NCBI GenBank assembly: GCA_030295235.1
Contig: AP026124.1
Span: forward strand, 496,001 to 560,000
DNA: 64,000 nt
Direction: 5' to 3'
Source: Fistulifera solaris
Lineage: Eukaryota
Shown here: one piece after another, positions 25,319 through 35,756 of the stretch
How positions within the stretch are numbered: position 1 is the first letter of the stretch
Layout of the letters: every line of letters starts with the position of its first letter
Made by a program: the position numbers and the translations under genes
Notes under the pieces: generated by a model
The model's input: only the letters and a program-made list of their open reading frames with translations
Databases searched by the model: none
Told to the model about the DNA's origin: nothing

Positions 25319-27288
25319 CTAGAGTAATATGAAAGGCCAAAAAATAGTGCATAACTTCTATGATCCCTCGACATCATTGCTAATAATAAAGTGTTCCGCT
25401 TATAAAAATGTGTCTTTTGCGACGACTCAACGTACATGCAGTCCCGGCTACGGCACCATACGCCAGGTAACATTCTTGAATCATCGAGCATGACCCGAAC
25501 TCATTTCGTTTATTATGATGAAATTGATGACATGGTTCTGATGCTGGTGTAGGGATAAATTACGTTGATTCCACTAATAAACAATATAACTGCGTGTTAT
25601 CACGTATTATAATTCACCATGAACACTTTCCAGTCATGAATCATGATTTACCCTAGCCTTAAATCAGTTACACTGCTACAGCGACCGCAAAGACGGCTAC
25701 AACGTAATCCAAACGAAGAGAGTGCATCAAAGGTTTACTTCGTCGTAGACAAGTAAGTCAACGCCACAAGGAGCATGATGCATCCTGCCAAACATGCACC
25801 CAGACACAACTCCTGTGCTGTGAATAAATAAAATGTCCCAGCAAAGTCCAGAAAAGTGTATGATCTCGTCGAAAACGCAACTGTCACAACCATCAAAGGT
25901 TGTAAATACATCGTCATCTAGCGCACTGAGATGATTGCTAGGCGGTGGAACGACAGGCATTTCTTCATTCGGATTGCCAAAAGATTGCTGTCGTTGTCCT
26001 CTTTGTTATGTATGGAACGCTAAAAAGATAACCGTTCAAGAACCAGCATAGAAGTGCCCCGGTCCCCTGCAAAACTGTTTCCAAAAGGCAAGCGATTGGA
26101 AATCAAGCAAGTTGCTCCAGTGATGAAAATGGCCATACTCGTCAGCGCTACAACAGATAGCCTCCATGATAAAGCGCGGTCTCTAGTTTCGCGACAAAGG
26201 GGTGCTTACCACACACAATCGTCTAGCGCCGTGCCGAGAAGTGTGAGGGTTGCCGCAACGAGTTTAGTAGTCTGAGCGCGAGAAACGTCCACCGTGCGTG
26301 TCACCCTTTCCTGCTACAAGCTGCAAGAACAAGAGTAAAAATGTCACGAGAGAAGGGAAAAGTACATTAGGACAACGATAAAAGAAATGCAGAACTTGCA
26401 ATTGCAATGGCATCGAGTACGATGCACGGCGAAGGAGATGCGGAGGAATCATCGGGCGTACCGAGTTATACCTGGTACGCGGGAAAATGTAGCTAGAGGG
26501 ACGTACCTGGTGACAGCGACAAAACCATCGCTTTAGCATAAAATGAGCACTCAAATAACACCAATAGCATGCAAACGAATGAAAGAGGAGACAATAGTGA
26601 TACAAGTAATCGGATCATCGATCTTTTACGTTACTTTTCTTCACAACAAGGCCGCAAGGCTGAGATACTTTCCTGGCGTATACATTCAGAAGCACATATT
26701 ATTCTACACTTTCCCCGTCGTAGCCTTCTACGTGCAGAATTGTACCGCGGTCCGCAGCTTGCCCCTCTCGCCGCTTGTCGGTAGCCACTTTTTCTTACCT
26801 CGTCGTATGAAACAGAGTCCTGAAACAAAATGATAAACTTTATCAAAACAAACAAAACTTTCGCGAGCTTCATGCTCTTTACTTGCATCCTTTCGTCTCC
26901 TGTCGGCCGGATTGGCTGTTTCTTCGCTCCGGCGGAGATTCAGTTTGCTCTGGAGATTATAGTATGCTGCGCAACAGCGCAAGTGTTCAGTCGCTTTGGG
27001 AGTCGGTGTGTGTTTACTCCTGCGTCTGTTTGCTTGTTCTGTCGCTTTGTATCATCCTTGTGCCTGCTTGCGTTGCGGGGCTTGTGTTGATGCGTTTCTG
27101 CGCTCGGACCGTCGCAGAAATCGCTCTTCTGGCGCTGAAGAGTTTTTGCTCGACCTTGTGGCTGTTGTTTGGTCGTCGTGCGGCTGTTTGCTTCGTTCTT
27201 TTCACGCGAACAGCTGTGTGTATTGTGAAGATGTTCTCTTGGCAAAGAACACGGAGTTTCCAGTTCGTTTGGAGACTCTACGTCTCAC

Positions 27289-29145
27289 GATGTTTCGTCC
27301 TGTAGCTCCGGTACTTGACGCTACGGGGAAACAATTTGATTTGAAGCGAAACCACCGTGTCATTTTTCGTGTGTCTTTTGTTTTCATTCTCTTTCTTGTG
27401 GTGATTGGAGTTGTTTCTGCTTGTGGAAGTGCCAGACGGATCGGCGCTTCTGCAGTTGGCTTGTTTTTGTTGTTGGCTGAGCGTCGTGGGTCGTCCGCAG
27501 CAACAAGAGCAAAGCATATCGTGCGATTGGGGATTTTCGAGACATCTAGGTCTTTCGGTGTCGATCCCATTCGTCTTTTGTATGAATTCTCAAACAAGCG
27601 TGTTGTTTGGAACGCACATTTCCGATGTTTCTTAAAGGAAAGTGGTTTTCTTCGCGTTCGTTTTGCCCCCGATGAAAATTTGGTGTCGTGTCGTTTCATC
27701 GAACGGATGGGGCAACGAAGTGTTTGCAAATACTTTTCGGAGTTTGCTCATTGTCGTTGTTGTGTTCAGCAACCAGCTGCCAAGACTTTAGATGCTGTTC
27801 CTATGGAGATTGATGAGATGGCTGGTTTGGAGGATGCTGTTCCTATGGAGATTGATGAGATGGCTGGTTTGGAGGATGCTGTTCCTATGGAGATTGATGA
27901 GATGGCTGGTTTGGAGGATGCTGTTCCTATGGTGATCGATGAGATGGCTGGTTTGGAGGATGCTGTTCCTATGGTGATCGATGAGATGGCTGGTTTGGAG
28001 GATGCTGTTCCTATGGTGATCGATGAGATGGCTGGTTTGGAGGATGCTGTTCCTATGGTGATCGATGAGATGGCTGGTTTGGAGGATGCTGTTCCTATGG
28101 TGATCGATGAGATGGCTGGTTTGGAGGACGCTGTTCCTATGAAGATTGATGAGATGGCTGGTTTGGATGATGCTGTTCCTATGGAGATTGATGAGATGGC
28201 TGGTTTGGAGGACGCTGTTCCTATGGAGATTGATGAGATGGCTGGTTTGGAGGATGCTGTTCCTATGGAGATCGATGAGATGGCTGGTTTGGATGATCCA
28301 TCTTGTTGGAATCGTAAGCCCTTGTTGGTAGATGGCGTCGTTTGGTCTTCTTCACCAATGAGAAATTTGAAGCGGCAACGATTGTGTCTTGATCCTGTCG
28401 TAATGGTGGATCCTGGTCATGGGACGCGTAAGCGCTTGTTGGTAGATAATGTCGTTTCTTCCAATTCACCGATGAGGAGTTCTAAGCGACGGAGATTATG
28501 TTCGGAGCCTGTCCTAGTGGTGGATATGGCTCGTGGGACGCGTAAGCGCTCTTTTGAAAATGATTGTGTTTCGTCCTTTTGCCGAGGAACTTGAAGCGAC
28601 GGCGATTATGTTTGGAGCCTGTCGTAGTGGTGGTGGATCTTGGTCGTGGGACGCGTAAGCGCTCATTGGAAGATGATGTTGCTTCTTCCTCTTCTCCGGT
28701 GAGGAATTTGAAGCGACGGCGATTATGTTCGGAGCCTGTTGTAGTGGTGGTGGATCTTGGTCGTGGGACGCGTAAGCGCTCATTGGAAGATGATGTTGAT
28801 TCTTCCTCTTCTCCGGTGAGGAATTTGAAGCGGTGTCGATTGTGTCTTGTTCCTTTTGTAGAGGAGGACCTTGCAATGTCGACGTTGGATTTTTTGAGTG
28901 AAATGGAGATGAATACCATGCCGAGATTGGATATCTCGAGTGGAATGGAGGTGGATACCATTTCACACTTTTGTGATGTGGATTCAATGGAGCTGGATGC
29001 GGTGCGAAAGTGTAAGAGAACCTTTTTCCCTTACCTCCGATCCCGTCCTTACCTACAGCGGAAGTGCAAAGATGGTTTTTGCTTGCGCACGCGCCCGTAC
29101 TTGGCCCGGCAGTGCAAAAAGATTGTTCGAGTACTGGTTGTGTAA
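27289..29145 (+). CDS. Orphan repeat protein (12x DAVPM[E/V/K]IDEMAGL[E/D], then ~4.7x 38-39-aa KRRRL repeats); start uncertain; ~4-nt deletion frameshift near 28580
   Basis: ORFs 26996-28594 and 28564-29145 carry the same repeat family in two frames. The repeat units are multiples of 3 except the one containing the shift. Confidence 0.5.
27791..28294 (+). repeat. Coding minisatellite, 12 x 42 bp
   Basis: GATGCTGTTCCTATGGAGATTGATGAGATGGCTGGTTTGGAG units, in the order E,E,E,V,V,V,V,V,K,E,E,E. Confidence 0.97.
28313..28855 (+). repeat. Tandem repeat, ~4.7 x 113-117 bp
   Basis: CGTAAGC anchor at 28313, 28427, 28541, 28654 and 28771. Confidence 0.92.
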
Positions 29146-29651
29146 AATGATTGATCTTAGGGACAGAAAAGGTAAGGAAGAGAGGTTGTCACGAGGAGGC
29201 ACTGGAATCCTGTTTGCGCTGAACTCGACGGCAGAGACTCTGGCAGGGTCCGTGACAAGGTACGTTCACCTCAAGTCCAAATCTTTTTGTTCCTCTCTTT
29301 TAAACCCAATTAATTGGCCAGGCGTGGCAAGCCAACTCTCGCACTGCAATGAAGGTAAGGTCCCATGTCTCTCGTTAAGACGCCAGATGTGCCGTCTGCG
29401 GGTGTGATTCATGTGTTGAATCACTCGTAGCTCGGTGGCTTGGTGCAGTGAGACAGGGTTCTTTCTTCTAGCTCCTCGTGCAAGAGTTGTGCTCCTTTGA
29501 TTCTGGGATCTGCGTTCTATCCATTTTTAGAAATAATAGAATGGATATTTTTTAAAAAAATTTATTTAGTTTGCTGGTTCCTCATACTGAGTACTCCGTA
29601 ATAAATATATTGCAGTGATCCCCCTCGTAAAAATAAAAGTGTTAACCACGA

Positions 29652-29703
29652 CCACGACTGCTTTTCAGTCATGAATCAGGATTGGTCCGAGTTACACTGC
29701 TAC
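29652..29703 (-). repeat. Reverse-orientation copy of the element plus AGTTACACTGCTAC; paired with a degenerate copy at 25617-25679
   Basis: CCACGACTGCTTTTCAGTCATGAATCA...AGTTACACTGCTAC versus CCATGAACACTTTCCAGTCATGAATCA...AGTTACACTGCTAC. Confidence 0.8.
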
Positions 29704-30202
29704 CTAAGCCTAACCTCCGTTTGTTCTGCTGGGCTGGTAAGCTATGTTTGTATTTTATGACGTGCTAAAGCAATGATCCTTGCAGCATTTGCAATGCACA
29801 ACTCGATTGCTTACGTCGAAAATCCTTGCAAAATCATTGTCTTTCATCTGTTCTATAGCCCCATAGTGTGCCCTACCTTTTCATTGAAAAATGGCGCACT
29901 GCTATATGCTATACCTCTTCACTAACGGGTTCATCTTGGTACAGTTTGGTAGCCTAACTTCATTTTCATTAGTATTTGACTACTTGCAGTAGCAATTGCA
30001 ATACATGTCTCGAATTTTGACTTCAAAAATCCGGTTGTCTACTTTTCTCCAACGACTCAACCTTTTCAGTCCCGGGAACGATCCCTTATTTTATTATTAT
30101 TTTGCCCGATCATTTAGTTTGCTGTGCAATTCAATTACCCCCATCAATTATCAGGTAGCTGTATTTGCAAACGAATAAAAGAAGTTGCCATCCAAAAAAG
30201 CG

Positions 30203-31447
30203 ATGGCTATTCATTTCGAAATTAGAATCAATGAGCAAGCCGTAATTGAATCAGTCCACAACTTACAACATCAATGGAAGGAGTACTTGCAAAGTCGTTG
30301 CGCAACCATCGACACAATGACGTTTCAACAAGCTCCTTTGCAGTTGTGTTATGGTGGCGATTACACCATTTACAGTGAAGGAACGACAGTACCCAGTATC
30401 TTGCTGACGGAAACGACATCGTTTGAAGTATACACGTTTCTGTTGAGCACGGAAGAACCTTCGATTGAAGAACTCGAACCATCGGAAGGAGGAGGGAGCG
30501 ATCAAGAATGGACGGCTGCATGTGAAAATTTAACACTGCCACATGTATCGCTGCACACTTCCTGGGAATCATTACTATTTGAAGGATCTATTAAACAACA
30601 ATTGTTCTATTATGCGATTTCCGCATTGCACTTTGCCGACAAACAAGTTTCGGGTCATCTGGTTCATTGGAATCGTCTCCTCTTGCTGTGGGGACCTCCG
30701 GGAACGGGTAAAACATCTCTTTGCCGAGCTCTAGCACAGAAACTAGCAATACGAATGAATCGACGTTTTCCACGCGCGTGTTTATTGGAAATTCATTCCC
30801 ATTCACTCTTTTCGAAATGGTTCTCCACGAGCGGCAAATTGATACGCAAACTGTTTGATCTCATTCAAGAAATGCTGCAAGAGGACCCGGAGCGATTAGT
30901 ATGTGTCTTGATGGATGAAATTGAAAGTCTTGCGGCCAGTCGGTCGGCTGCGAGCAGTAGCGAACCCACCGATGCCATGCGCGCCGTGAATTCCTTGTTG
31001 ACGGGGTTGGATCGATTGCGGCATTGTCCCAACGTTTTGCTACTGGCGACCACCAACCTGACTCAATCGGTCGACACGGCCTTTTTAGATCGCGCCGATG
31101 TTAAAGTTTACATCGGTCCTCCGTCTCTCGAAGCGCGATGTGCCATGTTGCACTCGAGTTTAAATGAACTGTTGCGTGTGAAGATTGTCAGAATGACGGA
31201 AGAGACGGATCCGGATGTTAATACAATGACAAACTCCATGTATCAGCAACGAGTACTATCACTGGCGCTGCTGGCCGATGGCTTAAGTGGTCGAAGTCTT
31301 CGACGATTGCCATTGCAAGCACATGCACATGTTGCGTCATCCTCTTCGACTGTAGTGGATTCCATTCTCATGGATGTATTTATGAATGCCCTGGAGCAGA
31401 CGATACGAATGGAACTACAATCGCTTAAAATGATGAGTAAAGGCTAA
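30203..31447 (+). CDS. PCH2: Pachytene checkpoint protein 2 / TRIP13 AAA+ ATPase
   Basis: WESLLFE, WNRLLLLWGPPGTGKTSLCRALAQKLAIR, SHSLFSKWFS.SGKL, DEIESLA, EPTDAMRAVNSLLT, AFLDRAD and GLSGRSLRRLP. Confidence 0.95.
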   Translation: MAIHFEIRINEQAVIESVHNLQHQWKEYLQSRCATIDTMTFQQAPLQLCYGGDYTIYSEGTTVPSILLTETTSFEVYTFLLSTEEPSIEELEPSEGGGSDQEWTAACENLTLPHVSLHTSWESLLFEGSIKQQLFYYAISALHFADKQVSGHLVHWNRLLLLWGPPGTGKTSLCRALAQKLAIRMNRRFPRACLLEIHSHSLFSKWFSTSGKLIRKLFDLIQEMLQEDPERLVCVLMDEIESLAASRSAASSSEPTDAMRAVNSLLTGLDRLRHCPNVLLLATTNLTQSVDTAFLDRADVKVYIGPPSLEARCAMLHSSLNELLRVKIVRMTEETDPDVNTMTNSMYQQRVLSLALLADGLSGRSLRRLPLQAHAHVASSSSTVVDSILMDVFMNALEQTIRMELQSLKMMSKG

Positions 31448-31525
31448 ATTTTTTTCGCTTCGTTATTGTTATGCATTTGGCTGTTTTTACAATGATTAAA
31501 ATAGGCTTACTTTAGAATTTCAGAA

Positions 31526-32504
31526 TCATTGCGCCCGACGACGTTTTGCCGGCGGTCCATCGCCCCTATGCTGATCGCGACGCAAAGGATGATGTTTCAG
31601 CATTTCAAAGGAAAAGCCAGATCGTTCTGGAGTGGGACCACCGTCTTCCCAGCCTTGTACGGCCCATCCTGCTTTTCCGAATGCTTTACTCCCATACCCT
31701 GCCTTCCATCCGTTCCGACCAAACGCCACTGCTAATCCAGCAAACTCCCCGCTCGAAGTACTTGGCTGTCCTGCTCGCAAACCGACATGCTTCGGTCCCG
31801 CTGGTATTACTCTTTTTGTTGTTCCGCACGGGGCGTCGCCAATTTGACTTCTACAGGTCGTCCGTGAATGTTGATGGGTTGTACTTCGATGGCCTTTTGT
31901 GCCCCCTGCGACCCATTTTCAAATGTCACAAAGCCAAAGCCTCGACTGCGCATTGTTGTCTGGTCTAACATGACAATCGCATCCACAACTGCACCAAACT
32001 GTTCAAATATCTGTTTGAGTTCTTCGTGATCGACTTGCGGCGGCAGTCCTCCGACAAACACTTTATTGTGCAACTGTTCCGGTGTCAATTCGGCTTCGAC
32101 CGGTGGAGCGGGTGCTGCCGCGGGGCCATCATCACCGTGATGTATGGAAGGAGGAGCAAGGCCTCTGGCTTGTGCGCGTTTGACATCGACGATTTTGTGA
32201 TTGACTTCGTGTTTGGCTTCGTTCATGACTAAATCGACCGTCGATGCATCACTAAACACAACAAACGCAAAGCCTCGTGGTTCACCAGTTTGACGATTCT
32301 TCATGACTGTGCGAGTAAAGAAGACGAAATTGAGAAGGAAGTCATAGAAGGAACGAGACAAACTGCATTCTAAGACGCACCTTCGACGGATGCGACGGGC
32401 CCGTACTGTTCGAAATGCCATCGCAAGGATTCTTCTGTCGTTTGCCACGAAAGACCGCCGACAAAAATCTTGCCATGATCCATTAATATGTTTTTGTCTG
32501 TCAT
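31526..32504 (-). CDS. Two-RRM RNA-binding protein (Musashi/DAZAP1/Hrp1-like); intron ~32310-32379, frameshift near 31812
   Basis: KIFVGGLSWQTTEESLR, PRGFAFVVF, KVFVGGLP, RSRGFGFVTF and VEVKLATP; C-terminal PAKRRR. Confidence 0.88.
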
Positions 32505-33003
32505 TTTGTGAAACAAAAACGATCTTGAACTTGTTTGTTCTACTCGAATGAGGGCTCTCTTTCTGCTTTGTTTGTCGCGACTTCGATTTATTGCACTACA
32601 ACTTTATACAACAGTACACGGTACCGGTACCTGGTACCCGGGGACCGTACTGGCAAAGGAGTATATGTTACACGTACCGGTACGATCTACGTCTACCTGG
32701 TACAAGTACGGAGTAAATCGTACCAGTATCCCGTGTCAAAATCTCCTTTCCTCCTCCGCAAATCGCGGTGTAATCATAGTTTTTCGACTTTCGACAATAA
32801 ACAATAAACCATGAAGCCATTTCTTTAGCTAGCTATTACACCACCACACTGATTGCTCAAACAACGTTCCGACGTTCCACATCCGACTTCCAACTTACCT
32901 AATCTTTGATTTCAAGTTATTGATGAACACCCGGTATGCCGCATAAATAAGTATAAGGACAAAGCAAAATGTATTCACTACACTAGATACTTGTTTCGTG
33001 TGT

Positions 33004-34972
33004 TTAGTTCTTCTCTTTGCTTTCAGGATTGACAAAGATTTCCATCTTTTCTGTTCGTGGGTTAAATACCATTGATCGTTCACGACGAGCCGTTGCTACT
33101 TGATCTTCCATCTTCTGTCGAAGCTCAGCAATGCGCTGTCTCTCTTTTTCTCGTGCCGCTTGAAATTCGGCCATATCTTCTAGGGCTGCCTTTCGCAACC
33201 CTTTCCGCGCGTCTAGCATTTCTTGCAGGTCAGCGGCCGTGAGACAGTCAAGCCACTTGGCGTACTCTTCGCGATTGGAGCCTCCCGGTGTCAAAATCTC
33301 GGTGGCTAGCAGTTCGGCGCCAACTAGTTGCACTTCAAAATCCTTCCAGCTTGGGCATTTGGAACGAAGAATGGCATAGGTGGGTTTCAGACCCGTCACG
33401 AAAGCTTTGAGAGCTTCGTCTTGCGCCGGATCGTTCGACCCAAATCGTGGAACAATGTACGAGAGTAAACTGATCTTGTCCTCAATTTCAATAGCCGCTG
33501 TCTCCATTCCAACTGGCTTCCAGAAATCTTCTTGGGGCATTCGTAGACCAAGACCTTCTCTCAGTGCCAACATCTGCATATCATTCCCATTGAACGCTGG
33601 ATCGCAGATCAAGTCGGCCGCCAATTGTGATTGCATACTGAACGTAAACGAGAATTTATCCATTTTCATGAGCACTTCGTAGATTGCTGGGAGATGTTGA
33701 ATATTCCTTTCGATAGAAGCTTTTAAAGTCTCCTTGTCATCTGCTGTCTCAAGAGCACGTGTCAAGCGAGGTACCACGAGCTTCTTGTCACGATCTTCCA
33801 TGATAGGAAGCATCCATAACAAACTCTGCAGAGACCGTTCCAAATTTTCGAAATCGATACAGTCATCTTGAAACCCTTTGGTTGCTTGAACCACATACAC
33901 GTTGTTGGCTTTGTTGGGTTTTATAAGTTTTTGTAATGGTCCTGCGTTCATTTCAGCGGCATTCTCTGGCGAAATGTCGAAACCTCTCAAGTTTTCCCAA
34001 CCATCTCCCGCCGAAAAATGAAAGAAACTTCCCGTCATCCACATGTGCTGATCGTCATTGTATTGTTGCCAAATTCTTGTTCGAGCTTCTGTAAATTTGT
34101 CTTTGACACCGTCCTTGCCAACAAAAGTAACAATCATGGAACCACCGGGCTTGATGAGATACCAAGCGCTGCGAAAGACTTCGCGTGGATTGGTCAAGTA
34201 GTCGACAGTGCATGTCATGACAATCATATCAAATGGTTCCTTCGCCAACATACGAAGATCATCATTGTCTACATCCCGCTCTTTGACAACTTTATTGAGA
34301 TCGACGACCAACGTATGGGTCAAAGATGGATTTTGTTTCATATCGGCCTCATTCGCACCGACTCCCACATGGCGTGACAATTTCAGATCGGGAGGAAAGT
34401 ACGAATTCGCTCCGGCTCCTAATTCCAGCACCGACATTCCATCCCGCATATAAAATGCAAAATGCGCTTGCAATTTGGCAATCCCATCTTCATCCATGAC
34501 ACTGCTGGGTTCTTCCGTTTGCGACCAGTATTGCAAAGGATCAAACGCCACTTCTTTGGCCTTTTCCAAATCATCTTCTTTCGGTACTTGCGGCATACCC
34601 GATAAGATGGTCGTTAAACTCGAGACCGCTTTTTGTTGCTCCATCGCGGACGCTTCACCGGCCGATTTGAAAATGCTTTCATCGTACGGCCAAATCACGG
34701 GCCATTTCCAAATATTGGCTCCTACACGCAATCCGGGAGCTTCTTTGGCTTTTTCGTCTAAGTCCGCCATGGGTAATTTCTTCTTTTCTTGTTCTTCTCT
34801 CATTTTTTTTAATCATAGGACCGATGATCATGGGTGGCGGCACGGCGGAGAGCCCGGTGGCGCGTCGCGTGGATGCCGATGGAATCATTGTCGTCCATGC
34901 CGTTGAAGAGGGTATATGAAACGTCGATAAAATGCTGATAGCCGTAAATAATTTCATTTTTTTAGTTGTCAT
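33004..34972 (-). CDS. Plastid-targeted SAM-dependent methyltransferase-like protein (type 11); frameshift at the A8 run ~34803-34810
   Basis: Signal peptide with STA-W cleavage; VLELGAG, VGVGAN..M..NP.L, VVDLN and VDYLTNPREVF...IKPGG. Confidence 0.72.
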
Positions 34973-35178
34973 TACGAAATATACGAAACTTTCAAGTCGA
35001 ACAACTCTTATGAATTGTCGGGGTTGATGGATTTTGCTTTGTCAAAAAAGCATCTGGAAAACTGACTTCAACTTGGCTCTTTGCGCACTTTTGATGTGGG
35101 CTTGTACGTCGTGCGTCAATGGTTCTTTGACGCATGACTTAAGTCCAGTCGTAGTTAAGTTGAGGGTAGAATGGGACT

Positions 35179-35416
35179 GTGGTGTTTTCACGTACCCAGA
35201 AAATATGGGTGTGTGGTGTTTTCACGTACCCAGAAAATATGGGGGTGTGGTGTTTTCACGTACCCAGAAAATATGGGCGTGTGGTGTTTTCACGTACCCA
35301 GAAAATATGGGGGAGTGGTGTTTTCACGTACCCAAAAAATATGGGCGGGTGGTGTTTTCACGTACCCAGAAAATATGGGAGTGTGGTGTTTTCACGTACC
35401 CGGAAAATATGGGCGT
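35179..35416. repeat. Tandem array, 7 x 34 bp (31-bp constant part + variable 3 nt)
   Basis: GTGGTGTTTTCACGTACCCAGAAAATATGGG at 35179, 35213, 35247, 35281, 35315, 35349 and 35383. Confidence 0.97.
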
Positions 35417-35756
35417 GTGCGAACGACGAAACGCGAAAACTTTTTGAGAAAGACGCCTTTCGGCGTCTGCCCATCGCTCGCGAGCAATAAAAATACAAAA
35501 AGGTCCACCCGCATGGAGCATGAAGTGGTTGCCGACTTGTTTGCTTGTTCTTGTTGTTGGGCTTAACCTTGAACTCCGTACGACGGATGCACGAATTGAG
35601 AGCAAACTCTCCCTCCAATCGTTCCTTTGCACTTTTTTTTCAACGGAACAAAAAAGAAATATATGCACAACAAACAACTCACTTCACACACCTTGTCACC
35701 TCTCATCATTACACATCATTGTACAGTATAACAACGAATAAACATTTTACGAAATC

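Noticed and set aside
26299..29257. Full LTR retrotransposon around the repeat ORF
   Set aside because: Only 9 bp (TGTCACGAG) is shared between the putative LTRs; no PBS, gag-pol, RT or integrase is visible.
35179..35416. CRISPR array (31-bp repeats)
   Set aside because: Linkers are only 3 nt, there are no cas genes, and the context is eukaryotic.
35034..35677. ORFs in several frames across the 34-bp array
   Set aside because: They are by-products of a stop-free repeat whose period is not a multiple of 3; there is no coding evidence.
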